Numbered from the stretch's first letter, positions 49,140 through 59,297 are shown. The stretch is DNA of 64,000 bases from an uncultured Verrucomicrobiae bacterium (GCA_963707025.1 CAVPOM010000018.1:288001-352000); one strand, 5' to 3'. The notes: generated by a model from the sequence alone, not told the origin. A program made the numbers and translations.

Positions 49140-50066
49140 CTACAATTTTTCCATCACCCGGCATTGCGCGCTGCGGCTGCGCGGGTTCTCGCCCAATTCC
49201 GCCGCGCCGGGCCGAATCGCCTTGCGCTGCACCCACCGCAAAATCGCCGGGCGGGGCCGCCGCAACTCCGGCACATCCGGTTCGCCGGCTTCGTAACCCC
49301 GCGCCAGCCGGCCGCCAAATTTCTTCACCACGCGGTCCTCCAATCCGTGGAACGAAATTACGGCCAGCCGGCCGCCCGGTTTTAAAATCTTCACCGCCGC
49401 TTCCAGTCCCCGTTGCAGATGCCCGCTCTCGTCGTTCACCACCGTGCGCAGGGCCAGAAAGACCTTCGTGGCGGGATGGCCTTTTCTGCCGCCGCGGGGC
49501 GAAACTCTCTCAATCAATTCCGCCAATTGCCCCGTCCGCTGCAAAGGCCCCGTCTCCCGCTCCCGCGCGATGGCCCGCGCAATCCGCCGCGCCTTCGCCT
49601 CGCCCCCGTATTCCCAAAAAATCTCCGCCAGCTCTTCGGCCCCGGTCTGATTGACCAGCGCCGCCGCCGTCAGTTCCTGTGCCGGGTCCATTCTCATGTC
49701 CAGGGGGCCGTCGCTCTGAAAGCTGAAGCCCCGCTCCGGCCGATCCACCTGGACCGAGCTAAGCCCCAGGTCCAAAATCACCCCCTCGCAGCTCCCGGCC
49801 TCGATCCACTGGTCCAGGTCGGCGAAACTGCCGTGCCGGATTTCAAACCGTCCCGCGAACTCCGCCAGCCGCGCTCTGGCCGCTTGCACCGCCGCTCCAT
49901 CCCGGTCGCATCCAAACAGTTTTCCAGTCGGCCCGCTGGCCCGCAGCAGCGCCGCCGCGTGCCCGCCGCCGCCGACGGTCCCGTCCGCGTAGCAGCCCCC
50001 CGGCCTGGGCCGGAGCGCCGCCAGGACCTCCGTTGTCAAGACTGATTTGTGAAAATACTCGGGCAC
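49140..50066 (-). CDS. rsmH: 16S rRNA m4C1402 methyltransferase
   Basis: HKSVL, DGTVGGGGHA, DLGLSSVQ, GPLDMRMD and NPRSRSA. Confidence 0.96.
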   Translation of the reverse strand: MPEYFHKSVLTTEVLAALRPRPGGCYADGTVGGGGHAAALLRASGPTGKLFGCDRDGAAVQAARARLAEFAGRFEIRHGSFADLDQWIEAGSCEGVILDLGLSSVQVDRPERGFSFQSDGPLDMRMDPAQELTAAALVNQTGAEELAEIFWEYGGEAKARRIARAIARERETGPLQRTGQLAELIERVSPRGGRKGHPATKVFLALRTVVNDESGHLQRGLEAAVKILKPGGRLAVISFHGLEDRVVKKFGGRLARGYEAGEPDVPELRRPRPAILRWVQRKAIRPGAAELGENPRSRSAQCRVMEKL

Positions 50067-50756
50067 TTAACATGGCTTCCAGGGCGGTGTCTGCGCCAGT
50101 TCCGCCGGAGACGCGGCGGGCGCGCGCGGCGCCACGGACTCCAGGCTTTCGTCCTGCCCCGGGCTTTTCAGTTTGATCCAGCGTGCCGTCACGCGCGTCC
50201 AGGGATTTCCGGCCGCCCCGCCCCCTTCGGCCTTGGCGGCGCGGGAGTCCTCCGGCCTGGCTTGCACCGCCACCACCACCACGTCGGCGTCGCTCAAATC
50301 GTTTCTAATCACCCTCACTTTCTCCAATGCCAGCTCGGCCTGGGCGCGCGGGCCGGCGTCGGCCGACGGGGCGCCCAGCCGATCCCGGAGATGCGCGACG
50401 GTCTTTGGGACAAAAGCCACCACCGCTGCAAGGAACGCTCCTAATTTTGCGCACCGGCGAAAAAAGACTTTGGGCGCCTGAGGCGGAGGGACCCGATCTG
50501 TCCGATCCGCCGGGTCCGCCCGCTCCGCCCTGTTTTCAGGCAGCGCCGCCGCCGGCGCCTTTGCCGCCGCGAACAGCACCGGCTGGGCGGAGGGCGCGGC
50601 CTGGCTGGCGGGAAGCGGCCCCGCCGCCGCCGCGCGCGCGGCCGGTCCGAATTTTGGAAACTTGTTCACGTTGCGCAAGCTGTAGGCCCCGGTCCGGTCT
50701 TTCGCCCGATCCAGCGTATGGCCCATCGTCAGTAAGGTGATGAGGCGTTTTTTCAT
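50067..50756 (-). CDS. Hypothetical protein inside the dcw operon
   Basis: Start overlaps the mraZ stop (ATGA) and the stop abuts the rsmH start. Mostly Pro/Ala-rich with an ordered-looking block QAELALEKVRVIRNDLSDADV. Confidence 0.75.
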   Translation of the reverse strand: MKKRLITLLTMGHTLDRAKDRTGAYSLRNVNKFPKFGPAARAAAAGPLPASQAAPSAQPVLFAAAKAPAAALPENRAERADPADRTDRVPPPQAPKVFFRRCAKLGAFLAAVVAFVPKTVAHLRDRLGAPSADAGPRAQAELALEKVRVIRNDLSDADVVVVAVQARPEDSRAAKAEGGGAAGNPWTRVTARWIKLKSPGQDESLESVAPRAPAASPAELAQTPPWKPC

Positions 50757-51256
50757 TCGAGGGATTTGAGCGCGCTCGCCACCACTCGTTTTTCCTGCGA
50801 GTGCATGTCCGCGTAGCGCGCGGTGCTCCATATTTCAAAGTAGTCCAGCATTCCGGCAAAAACCGCCTCGTCGCCGATGCCCACCGTCTCGGCCATTTCG
50901 GCGGGGATGACGATCCGCCTGGCGCTGTCCAGTTCCACCTTGACCGAGGAACTGCCGATGTGGCGTTTGAGCGAGGTCTTTTCGGGGGCGGCCATGTTCT
51001 CAATCTTTTCCCGGAGCTTGTCCAATTGGTCCGGCGGCAAAACCCGCAGGCAGGGGCCGCAATCGTGCTGCGGCCAGACGATCATGGTCAACTCCACCGG
51101 TTTGGCGGTCCGCCACGCCAGCGGCATCTGCACCCGCCGGTTCGCATCCACCGTGTAACGGTAGAGCGATTGATACGTCACTTTCTGGGGGCCGGGCCGG
51201 CATAACACATTTCTTGGTTTAAGTTGCCAATACCACACTAGCACAATGAAACACAT
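50753..51256 (-). CDS. mraZ: Transcriptional regulator MraZ
   Basis: Two AbrB-like repeats, VDANRRVQMP and LDSARRIVIP, plus DYFEIW. True start probably ~51180-51203. Confidence 0.88.
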   Translation of the reverse strand: MCFIVLVWYWQLKPRNVLCRPGPQKVTYQSLYRYTVDANRRVQMPLAWRTAKPVELTMIVWPQHDCGPCLRVLPPDQLDKLREKIENMAAPEKTSLKRHIGSSSVKVELDSARRIVIPAEMAETVGIGDEAVFAGMLDYFEIWSTARYADMHSQEKRVVASALKSLE

Positions 51257-51286
51257 TTCTCCACATATTTCTCCGAATTTCCCCGA
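51255..51286 (-). promoter_or_regulatory. MraZ-binding dcw boxes
   Basis: Minus-strand direct repeats TCGGGGAAAT TCGGAGAAAT ATGTGGAGAAAT with ~10-12 nt period upstream of mraZ. Confidence 0.55.
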
Positions 51287-51333
51287 TAATAAACACTTTT
51301 TCCCATATTCGTCAATGGAAATTTTAGGAAAAG

Positions 51334-51354
51334 TTATTCACAAAGTTATTCACA
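51334..51354 (+). promoter_or_regulatory. Two tandem DnaA boxes
   Basis: TTATTCACA at 51334-51342 and 51346-51354, both matching TTWTNCACA. Confidence 0.7.
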
Positions 51355-51374
51355 ACGTGCTATGCTCGATTCTA

Positions 51375-52457
51375 ATGCCGTCCGGATTGCGCACCGCCGA
51401 TTTCGAAATGGACATCCCGCCCGGATTGATCGCCGCCCGGCCCGCCGCCGCCCGCGACCAATCGCGCCTGCTGGTGGCGCACCGCGACTCCCAAGTTATT
51501 GAACATCAACAGTTTCCATTCCTGCTGGAACATCTGCGCAGCGGGGATGTGCTGGTCTTGAACGATTCGCGCGTCATCCCCGCCCGCCTGCGCGGACGCA
51601 ATCCTCAGACCGGCGGCCACTTTGAAATCCTGCTGCTGGAAGAAACCGGGACCAACGTCTGGTGGGCCATGCTGCGCCCGGGCCGCCGCGCGCGGCTCGG
51701 CACGCGCATCGAGATTCTCGACCATCGCCAGTGGCCAGCCGGCATCGCCGCCACGGTCGAGGAAATCAACCTCGCCGGCCACCGCCGCCTGCGCTTCTCC
51801 GAAGTCAATAATATATTTACCGAACTGGACGCGCTGGGCGAAGTCCCGCTGCCGCCTTACATCGGCCGGGACGGCACGGAGCCGGAGGACCGCGCACGGT
51901 ATCAGACGGTTTATGCCCGCGCGCCCGGCAGCGTGGCGGCCCCCACGGCGGGTTTGCATTTCACGGAGGCGCTGCTGGAAAAGATCCGCGCGCGCGGCGT
52001 GAAAATTGGTTTCGTGACCCTGCATGTGGGCGCGGGAACTTTTGCGCCGGTCAAGGCGGAATTCCTGGCGGAGCACCGCATGCACCGGGAGCGGTTTGAA
52101 ATCCCTCCCGAAACCGCGCGCCTCATCGCCGAAGGCAAGGCGGCCGGGGCGCGCCTGGTGGCGGCGGGCACGACCACGCTGCGCGTTTTGGAAAGCGTGG
52201 CGGCGGCGAACGCCGGGCAGATCGTCCCCGGGCGCGGCGCGACGGATATTTTCATTTACCCGCCGTTTGAGTTTAAAATTGTTGACTCGCTCCTCACTAA
52301 TTTCCACTTGACACGCTCCACCCTGCTCATGCTGGTCTGCGCCTTTGCCGCGCCGGGGGGGACGGGCGGGCGGGCATTCATTTTCCGGGCCTACCGCGAG
52401 GCGGTGGAGCGGCGCTACCGCTTTTTCAGCTACGGCGACGCCATGCTGCTGCTGTAG
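51375..52457 (+). CDS. queA: S-adenosylmethionine:tRNA ribosyltransferase-isomerase
   Basis: NDSRVIPARL, PLPPYI, YQTVYA, AAPTAGLHF, TNFH and FSYGDAM. Confidence 0.97.
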   Translation: MPSGLRTADFEMDIPPGLIAARPAAARDQSRLLVAHRDSQVIEHQQFPFLLEHLRSGDVLVLNDSRVIPARLRGRNPQTGGHFEILLLEETGTNVWWAMLRPGRRARLGTRIEILDHRQWPAGIAATVEEINLAGHRRLRFSEVNNIFTELDALGEVPLPPYIGRDGTEPEDRARYQTVYARAPGSVAAPTAGLHFTEALLEKIRARGVKIGFVTLHVGAGTFAPVKAEFLAEHRMHRERFEIPPETARLIAEGKAAGARLVAAGTTTLRVLESVAAANAGQIVPGRGATDIFIYPPFEFKIVDSLLTNFHLTRSTLLMLVCAFAAPGGTGGRAFIFRAYREAVERRYRFFSYGDAMLLL

Positions 52458-52458
52458 G

Positions 52459-52490
52459 AAATGCTAAATGCTAAATGCTAAATGCTAAAT
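52459..52490 (+). repeat. 7-nt tandem repeat (AAATGCT)x4.5
   Basis: Directly after the queA stop. Confidence 0.85.
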
Positions 52491-52506
52491 TTCAGAAAAC
52501 GGCCGT

Positions 52507-55066
52507 TCAGTTTGCATCCAGAATGTTTATGCTGGCCAGGGGGCGGCGGCTCGGCCTGAGCTGGAAAAAATGGGATTTCCCGTCCTTATAACCGTCGCTG
52601 TAAGCGTCCGGAAACATGCGGAATACGGGCGCCCAGCAAGTGAGCGTGCCGTCCTTCGCCAAGGCCCAGGTCTCGAAGTCGTCCGCCGAGGCGGTCAGCC
52701 AGTCGTGGTATCGGCTCGGGCGCTTGGTTTGAAACGAGGTGCGGTCAATCGCCCAAAATGTGCCATCCGCCTCGAGAGCAATGAATTGAAAAGCACCGTA
52801 AGACACGCCCAACCAATCTGATTTGGTTCCGATGCGACCAAGCTCCAACACGCCGCCTTTGGGGATTTGAGAGCCGAAAAGGGTGGTCGCCGCCCACGGG
52901 TTTACATAGGCTTGACGAAGACCGCCGGCCCACAGGGTGCCATCGGTGCGAACGGCCATTGTCATCCAATCATAGCCCGCCAGGGACGACCAATTGGTCC
53001 CTTCCAAGTCCGTGCGGACCAATCGGTAATAGACAGAGTAGTTGGTGATGCCTCCCTTCACGGGCGTGCCGTCGTAGCCCCAGGTCCAGATGCTCCCGTC
53101 GCGCTTGACGGCCCTGGCCTGCCCCGTCGCAAAGACATCCACCCAATCCGATTCCGGCCAAAGCTGAACAGGATCAGAAATGGCCATCGGGCGCCCATTT
53201 GTGCCGAGTCGGGTGGGGAGGGCCCCAAATTGATCGTATCCCCATCCCCAGATCGTGCCATTCTCTTTGAGAGCCAGGAACAAACTTTGTCCCGCAACCA
53301 CCTTCTTCCAATCCGAATCAGATCCAATTTGGCCGGAAGCCCCCTTGCGGGTAAACTTCCAGAGCGTGCCGTCTGATTTGAGGACGGCCGCGCCTTCGGA
53401 GCGGCTGGCGGCCAGGTCCACCCAGTTGGAGCCGCCGACCCAATGGCCGGAAAGATTTTTGAACGCGCGATCCGGCCGGGTTCGATCCGTTTGGCCAGCC
53501 CAGAGCCGTCCATCGGGCAGCATGGCATAAAAATATCCATCCGACCATGCCTCGGCAATCATGGCCCGCCCCGGGCCGCTCAAGCGGGCCGGGCCGTGGC
53601 GCGGTTCCAGCGGCAGGACATATTCCCAAGCGCGGGCGTAAATCGCGCTGGCCGCCAGCAACGCGGAGAGGAACACGGCGGTGAGCCAGATGAAATTCCC
53701 CGTCCAGAGGCGCCAGCCGGTTTGCAAAACTTTGTAATTGCGGAAGGCCAGCCAGAAATAGGCGATGAGCATGGCCGGCCCGGCAAGAGCAGGAGAAAGC
53801 CAGCCGCCAAAACTAATCACGCCCGAGCCAAGGCCGGTTTTCGGCAATACAATTCCAACGGCTGTCAAGAATAGGATTGGAAAGAGCAAGCCCACCGTGA
53901 AGGCTTGCAACATGCCGCGGCTCATGGTGGAGGCGAAAAAGGAAACCGCGGCGGTGATGGCGGCGGCTGCGACAAGTTTTTGCAACGGGTCGAATCCGAT
54001 CCATTGCCCGGCTGGCGCCGCCCACATTTTCCAACACCCAGGGAACCACCCCGCCCAGCACAATTCCCAGCGCCATCACCACCGCGAATTTGACCAGGAA
54101 TGGACTCCTCTGGCGCGCCGGCAGGCAGAGAAGACCTTCCAGGGTGTTGTAGCGCCGCTCCTCCGCCACCGCCACGCATCCCACCACAAAAGGCGCCGCC
54201 AGCCAGAGAAGCCCCGCGAACTCAAGAACCCCCGTGTTCGCCGCCCACGCCGGCGCAAAATGCCGCACGGCCAGCGCCGCCAGATGCAGGAGCAGGAGCA
54301 AGGGAACGATCATCATCGTCAACTCCTGCAATTGCAGTTCCTTGAAAATCAGCGCGAGCCACGGGCCGCGCCGTTCCTGGAATCCGAAGCCGAGCCAGCG
54401 CAACGGCAACCCTCGCATCTTCGGCAGGGAAACCTGCCGGCCCGTCCAGGCCAAAGGCACATCCTCCGCGCCCAGGAAGAGCTTGCGCGCCGCAAAAAAT
54501 CCCAGCGCCGAATAGGCCGTCATGACGCAAAAGACGGCCCGTTCCATCAAGGCACCGTTGTCAATCCAATGCAACAAAGCGAGGACCGTGGCCATGAGTA
54601 ATGCGGCTGGGGCGATGACGGCGGCAAAGAAAGCCGTGGTGACATCCCGCAACAACAGCGTGCTCCAGAGCCCGCTGGAAAAGGCCACGAGCGCCGCCAC
54701 CCCGCTGCCCACGGCCATGTCCGTAAAAGAATCGAAATAAAAATCATAAGAGAAAAATTGAAGGCTCAACCACCCGCACAAGACAAACACGGCCCAGGCG
54801 CTCAGCATCGCCAGAGCGAGCAGCCCGGCCTTGATCCTCCAAAAACGCTCGCGCTTTTCCGGCTGGCTCAAGAGGAGGCCGAACGTCCCGCAACTCATTT
54901 CCTGTCCAAATGGAGTCAAACCTAAGAATAATATCGCCAGGTCAAAACACGGCATGGTCGCGCCTTGATAATTCCGCCCCGCCCAAAGCGGCAGCGTGGC
55001 CGCCGCCAGCGCCGCCACCCAGGCCGGCCGCAGCAACCGCAATTCCTTGCGCAGCAGGGCATTCAT
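52507..55066 (-). CDS. ABC-2-type permease fused to a C-terminal RCC1/BLIP-II-like propeller (frameshift near 54000-54030)
   Basis: MNALLRKELRLL start with two permease-like repeats (GQEMSCGTFGLLLSQP; EERRYNTLEGLLCLP). Continues in the 52507-54063 frame with ALKENGTIWGWG / AVKRDGSIWTWG blades. Confidence 0.72.
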
Positions 55067-55969
55067 AATTTCGCCGGGCTGAGGATTTTGGAGGAGACAA
55101 AAATCTCCTCCAGCGACAACGCTTCGCAGCGCACTTCCTCCGGGTCGGCAGGCCCGCAGGATTTCCAGCAGCGGCCCGCTCGACCCGTTGCAGAGCAATT
55201 CCAGCTCGCGCCCGTTGCGCCGCACCTCCAGCGCGCCGGGCAGCTTCACGGAGAGCGGCAGCGGTTCGGCAAAACGGGCGCGGATCTTTTGGAATCGCTC
55301 GCGCGCGCTGTCCGCCTCCATCGTCAAAATCCCCCGCCCCTGCTCGATGATGGTGAATTCGTCAATCAATCCCTCAAACTCCGCGATCAGGTGCGTGGAG
55401 ACAAAAACCGTGCGGTTCTCCGGGTCGCCCGACTGGTAGGCGCCGATGACCGTCTCGATGAATTCGCGGCGCACGATCGGGTCCAGCCCCGAAGTCGGCT
55501 CGTCCAGCACGAGCAATTCCGGCTCCGGCGCAATGGCGCTGATCAAGGCCAGTTGCGTTCTCTGGCCTTTGGACAAGTGGGACGTTTTTTGGCCGGGGTC
55601 CAAATGGAAGCGTTGCAGCAGGCCCGCCTCGACCCCGCTGTTCCAGCGCGGCCGGAAGGACGCCAGATAATCCAGCGTCTCCCGCACGGTCATCCACGGA
55701 TAAAACGCCACGGCATCCGGCACGTAGCAAAGGCGGGACTTGACGGCCACTTCCTCCTTCCCCGGGTCCAGGCCAAAGACGCGCACCGTCCCCGCCGTGG
55801 GCTGAAGCAGGTTGAGCAGGCATTTGATCGTGGTGGTCTTGCCCGCGCCGTTGCGGCCGAAAAAGCCGTAGCAGCGCCCCGGCCGCACGCTCAGGTTCAG
55901 GCCGTTGACCGCGTCCAATTTCCCATAGCGCCGCGTCAAATCCTTGATTTCGATAATCGGAGAATTCAT
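55063..55969 (-). CDS. ABC transporter ATP-binding protein (YtrB-like; frameshift near 55142)
   Basis: GRNGAGKTT, LSKGQ and LDEPTSGLD. Removing one C restores PEEVRCEALSLEEIFV...* with an ATGA overlap to the permease. Confidence 0.9.
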
Positions 55970-55989
55970 GGCGATCGTTTAGTTTTTTT

Positions 55990-56017
55990 ATCATTTAGCA
56001 TTTATCATTTAGCATTC
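55990..56017 (-). repeat. 7-nt tandem repeat A(T/G)CATTT x4
   Basis: ATCATTT AGCATTT ATCATTT AGCATTC, the reverse complement of the 52459 unit. Confidence 0.7.
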
Positions 56018-56403
56018 GCTTTTTTGTCCTCAAAAAAGCCCAGCCGCTCGCGGACGAGGGTCAAAAAAGTCTCCGCATCCACCTGCAGGTGGTGCGAGGC
56101 GACCACCGCCTCGTCAATTTCCTTGATCAACAGCTTGTGCCGGACTTGTTTGGTGAACGGCGAATGGTTTTCCTTGAGAAAGCAGCCCTTGCCCGCGATG
56201 GTTTCAATCACGCCCTGGCTCTCCAACTCCGTGTAAGCCTTGGCCACCGTGTTCCGGTTCACGCGCAACTCCTCGGCCAGCGGGCGGATGGAGGGCAGCG
56301 GCTCGCCGGGCCGGACCGCCCCCGAAGCCGCCGCGTAGCGGATCTGGTCCACCACTTGCAGGTAAACCGGCTTGCCCGATTTAAAATCAATCTGAATCAG
56401 CAT
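56005..56403 (-). CDS. GntR-family (YtrA subfamily) regulator
   Basis: PVYLQVVDQI...LPSIRPLAEELRVNRNTVAKAY with a short C-terminus. Heads the ABC operon. Confidence 0.93.
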   Translation of the reverse strand: MLIQIDFKSGKPVYLQVVDQIRYAAASGAVRPGEPLPSIRPLAEELRVNRNTVAKAYTELESQGVIETIAGKGCFLKENHSPFTKQVRHKLLIKEIDEAVVASHHLQVDAETFLTLVRERLGFFEDKKANAK

Positions 56404-56412
56404 AAAAATCTC

Positions 56413-56452
56413 ACTGTCATAGGACAGTATGACAGTTTGGCCGGAATGTCAA
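56413..56452 (-). promoter_or_regulatory. YtrA-type operator and sigma70 promoter
   Basis: Perfect inverted repeat ACTGTCATA-N6-TATGACAGT at 56413-56436, overlapping the -10 region. TTGACA at 56447-56452 on the minus strand. Confidence 0.75.
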
Positions 56453-56783
56453 TGGGAAAAATGAAAAAATTGCAAAAAAAGAAAACCAGCCGGTTTTGGC
56501 CGGGCCGGGAAAGGCGGATGGCCCTTGGCCGAGCCGTGACTTCTTCCGGGGATATCGAGTTGCGGCTCGGCGGAGCCTCGCCCTGCCATTTTGAAATCAA
56601 TTCACGGCTCGGCGGAGTCCCGTGCTGGCGGCGTGCCGTTGCATCCCGCCCTGGTTGTGCCGGCGCCCGGCGCGTCGCGGCACGCGCCGGCCTTGGCCGC
56701 ACAGAAGTGAGGGCGCACCGCCGCCAGATTGGTCATCTTTTGCGAGCTTGCGCCGCACAAAATCCATCCGTAAGATTCGGCCC

Positions 56784-59165
56784 ATGAAAGCATCCATGAA
56801 AAAAGCAAACTTCCTCTGCGCGCTGATGGCCGGGCTGCTCTTGCTGCCGGCGGGCCGGGCGGCGGCGCAGAACTTTACCAACCTGTATAGTTTTACCAAC
56901 GGCAGCGACGGAGCTTTCCCCAACGATAGCGTAGTCGTATCGGGCAGCACCCTTTATGGGACCGCGGAGCAAGGAGGCCGCCCCGGCTATGGCACGGTGT
57001 TCGCCTTCGACAACAATGACTTGATCTTCACGACTTTGCACAGCTTTACCAACGGCCACGACGGCGCTTATCCGGTGGCCGGTTTGCTTTTATCGGGCAA
57101 CATTCTCTACGGGACTTGCGTGGAGGGCGGCGATGAGGGTTTTGGCAGCGTGTTTTCCGTCAGCACCGACGGCCTGCATTTTAAGACCTTGCACAGCTTT
57201 ACCAACGGCGGCGACGGAGCTTACCCGTATGCCGGCCTGATTTTATCCGGCGACACCCTGTACGGGACGACCTATGCGGGCGGCACCAACGACACCGGCG
57301 TGGTGTTCGCGCTCAACACTAATGGCACGGTTTTTAGCAGCCTTCATAATTTTGCGGCGGGTCAGAGCATTGGTGCGTATGGATATACCACCAACAGCGA
57401 CGGAGCCTATATGTTCGACAATCTGGTTCTTTCCCTTGGCACGCTCTATGGGACGACGCTGGAAGGCGGAGGTTTGGGTTTTGGCACCGTCTTCGCCCTC
57501 GGCACCAATGGCTTGGGATTCACCAACCTCTATTTCTTTACCAACGGCAACGACGGAGCGTATCCCGAGGATGACTTGCTTTTATCCGGGCAAACTCTGT
57601 ATGGGACGGCAAATTCAGGCGGCAGCAATGGCTATGGCACGGTCTTCGCTCTGGGCACCAACGGCGCGAATTTTACGACCCTTTATCTTTTCACCAACGG
57701 CAGCGACGGTTCTGTTCCGATAGGCGGATTGATTTTATCGGGCAACACCCTGTATGGCACGGCGGAGGAGGGCGGCACCAATGGCAATGGCACGGTCTTC
57801 GCCCTCCTGACCAATGGCACGGGTTTTACACCCCTTTATAATTTAACTTACGGCAGCGACGGAGCTTACCCGCTGGATGAATTGTCGCTGTCCGGCAACA
57901 CCCTGTATGGGACCGCGCACCAAGGCGGCAGCAGCGGCGTTGGCACCCTCTTCGGCATGGGTGTGAACATCCTCCAGTTCCTGGCCGACCCAAGCGCCGG
58001 CGCGGCAGCGCTCACGGTTAATTTCAGTTCGCCGGGGGTTGACGATTACAGCAATGCCATCACCAGTTGGAACTGGACTTTTGGCGATGGCGCCGCCAGC
58101 ACGGAGCAGAATCCATCGCACATTTATACCGCCGCGGGCACTTTCTTTCCCAGCCTCCTGGCTACCAACAGCAACGGCCTCCTCATTTCCGAAACCGGGC
58201 CGTCCATCGCCGTGTCCCCGCCCACCACCGTTTTGTTCACCGCCAATCCAACCAGCGGCCTGGTGCCGCTCACGGTCAGCTTCGCCGCGGCAGGCGTTGA
58301 CAACGCCGGCAATCCCATCAGCAATTGGAACTGGACCTTTGGCGATGGCGCCGCCAGCACCTCGCAGAACCCCTCCCACACCTACACCACCTCCGGCGCC
58401 TATTTCCCCGCTCTCCTTGCCACCAACAACCTGGGCAACACGCTGGCCGGGTCCGGCCCCGCCTTGATTACAGTCACCAATACGGCCGGCTATTCAGGTT
58501 TGATTCTCAACGGCGGCTTTGAAACGGGGGATTTCACCGGCTGGGCTGTTGCCGGCGCCGTTTCCAACGTTCTGGATACATTTGTTGACAGTGGTTCCGG
58601 ATCCGGAATCAAGCCCTACTCCGGCGGTTATCTGGCGGCTTTGGGCCCGGTGGGTTCGCTCAGTTATCTTTCCCAAGCACTGTCCACCAGCCCCGGAACG
58701 TCCTATTTCCTTTCGCTGTGGCTGGACAGCCCCGATGGCCAGACTCCCAATGAGTTTCTCGTCTCCTGGGCTGGCAGCACCCTCTGGGATGAAACGAATA
58801 TCCCCGCCATCGGCTGGACCAACCTGCAGTTCCTGGTCACGGCCTCCGGCACCAACTCCGTTCTGCAATTCGGATTCCGCGATGACCCGGGCTATCTCGG
58901 ACTCGATGCCATCAACCTCGGGCTGGCGCAGCCCGGCATTGCCAGCTTCACCCTGTCCGCCAACAATCTGGTGCTCAACGCGACCAATGGCCAGTCCGGC
59001 GGGACCTATTATGTGCTGGCCAGCACCAACCTCACCCTGCCGTTGAGCCAGTGGACGCGCCTGGCGACCAACGTTTTGAGCACGAGCGGTAATTTCACCA
59101 CCCTGGTCACCAACAGCGTCACTCCCGGCGCCGGCCAGCAATTTTACATCCTCCAGTTGCAATAA
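56784..59165 (+). CDS. Secreted choice-of-anchor (GloVer-like) tandem repeat protein with 2 PKD domains and a CBM-like domain
   Basis: About 7 DGAYP...LYGTxxxGG..GTVF repeats, two WNWTFGDG..ST.QNPSH PKD domains, NGGFETGDFTGW, and a C-terminal domain ending QQFYILQLQ. Confidence 0.85.
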   Translation: MKASMKKANFLCALMAGLLLLPAGRAAAQNFTNLYSFTNGSDGAFPNDSVVVSGSTLYGTAEQGGRPGYGTVFAFDNNDLIFTTLHSFTNGHDGAYPVAGLLLSGNILYGTCVEGGDEGFGSVFSVSTDGLHFKTLHSFTNGGDGAYPYAGLILSGDTLYGTTYAGGTNDTGVVFALNTNGTVFSSLHNFAAGQSIGAYGYTTNSDGAYMFDNLVLSLGTLYGTTLEGGGLGFGTVFALGTNGLGFTNLYFFTNGNDGAYPEDDLLLSGQTLYGTANSGGSNGYGTVFALGTNGANFTTLYLFTNGSDGSVPIGGLILSGNTLYGTAEEGGTNGNGTVFALLTNGTGFTPLYNLTYGSDGAYPLDELSLSGNTLYGTAHQGGSSGVGTLFGMGVNILQFLADPSAGAAALTVNFSSPGVDDYSNAITSWNWTFGDGAASTEQNPSHIYTAAGTFFPSLLATNSNGLLISETGPSIAVSPPTTVLFTANPTSGLVPLTVSFAAAGVDNAGNPISNWNWTFGDGAASTSQNPSHTYTTSGAYFPALLATNNLGNTLAGSGPALITVTNTAGYSGLILNGGFETGDFTGWAVAGAVSNVLDTFVDSGSGSGIKPYSGGYLAALGPVGSLSYLSQALSTSPGTSYFLSLWLDSPDGQTPNEFLVSWAGSTLWDETNIPAIGWTNLQFLVTASGTNSVLQFGFRDDPGYLGLDAINLGLAQPGIASFTLSANNLVLNATNGQSGGTYYVLASTNLTLPLSQWTRLATNVLSTSGNFTTLVTNSVTPGAGQQFYILQLQ

Positions 59166-59297
59166 CCAAGACCCGGCGATTCAATTCCCCCCCCCGGCAG
59201 GGTCCCGATTCATCGGGATCGAGCCGTGACTCGATTCCCTCGAAAAAATCACGGCTCGACAGGGTCTCGTCCTCCCGTCTTGGAATCCAATCCCCCC

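Noticed and set aside
51290..51370. oriC
   Set aside because: Only two DnaA boxes, with no dnaA/dnaN or clear unwinding element nearby.
53813..55969. 718-aa ATPase-permease fusion
   Set aside because: One extra base at ~55142 hides the normal ATPase C-terminus (LSLEEIF) and an ATGA-coupled permease start.
56563..56620. CGGCTCGGCGGAG repeats (also ~59250 and ~24630) as ncRNA
   Set aside because: Better explained as dispersed REP-like palindromes; no RNA family features.
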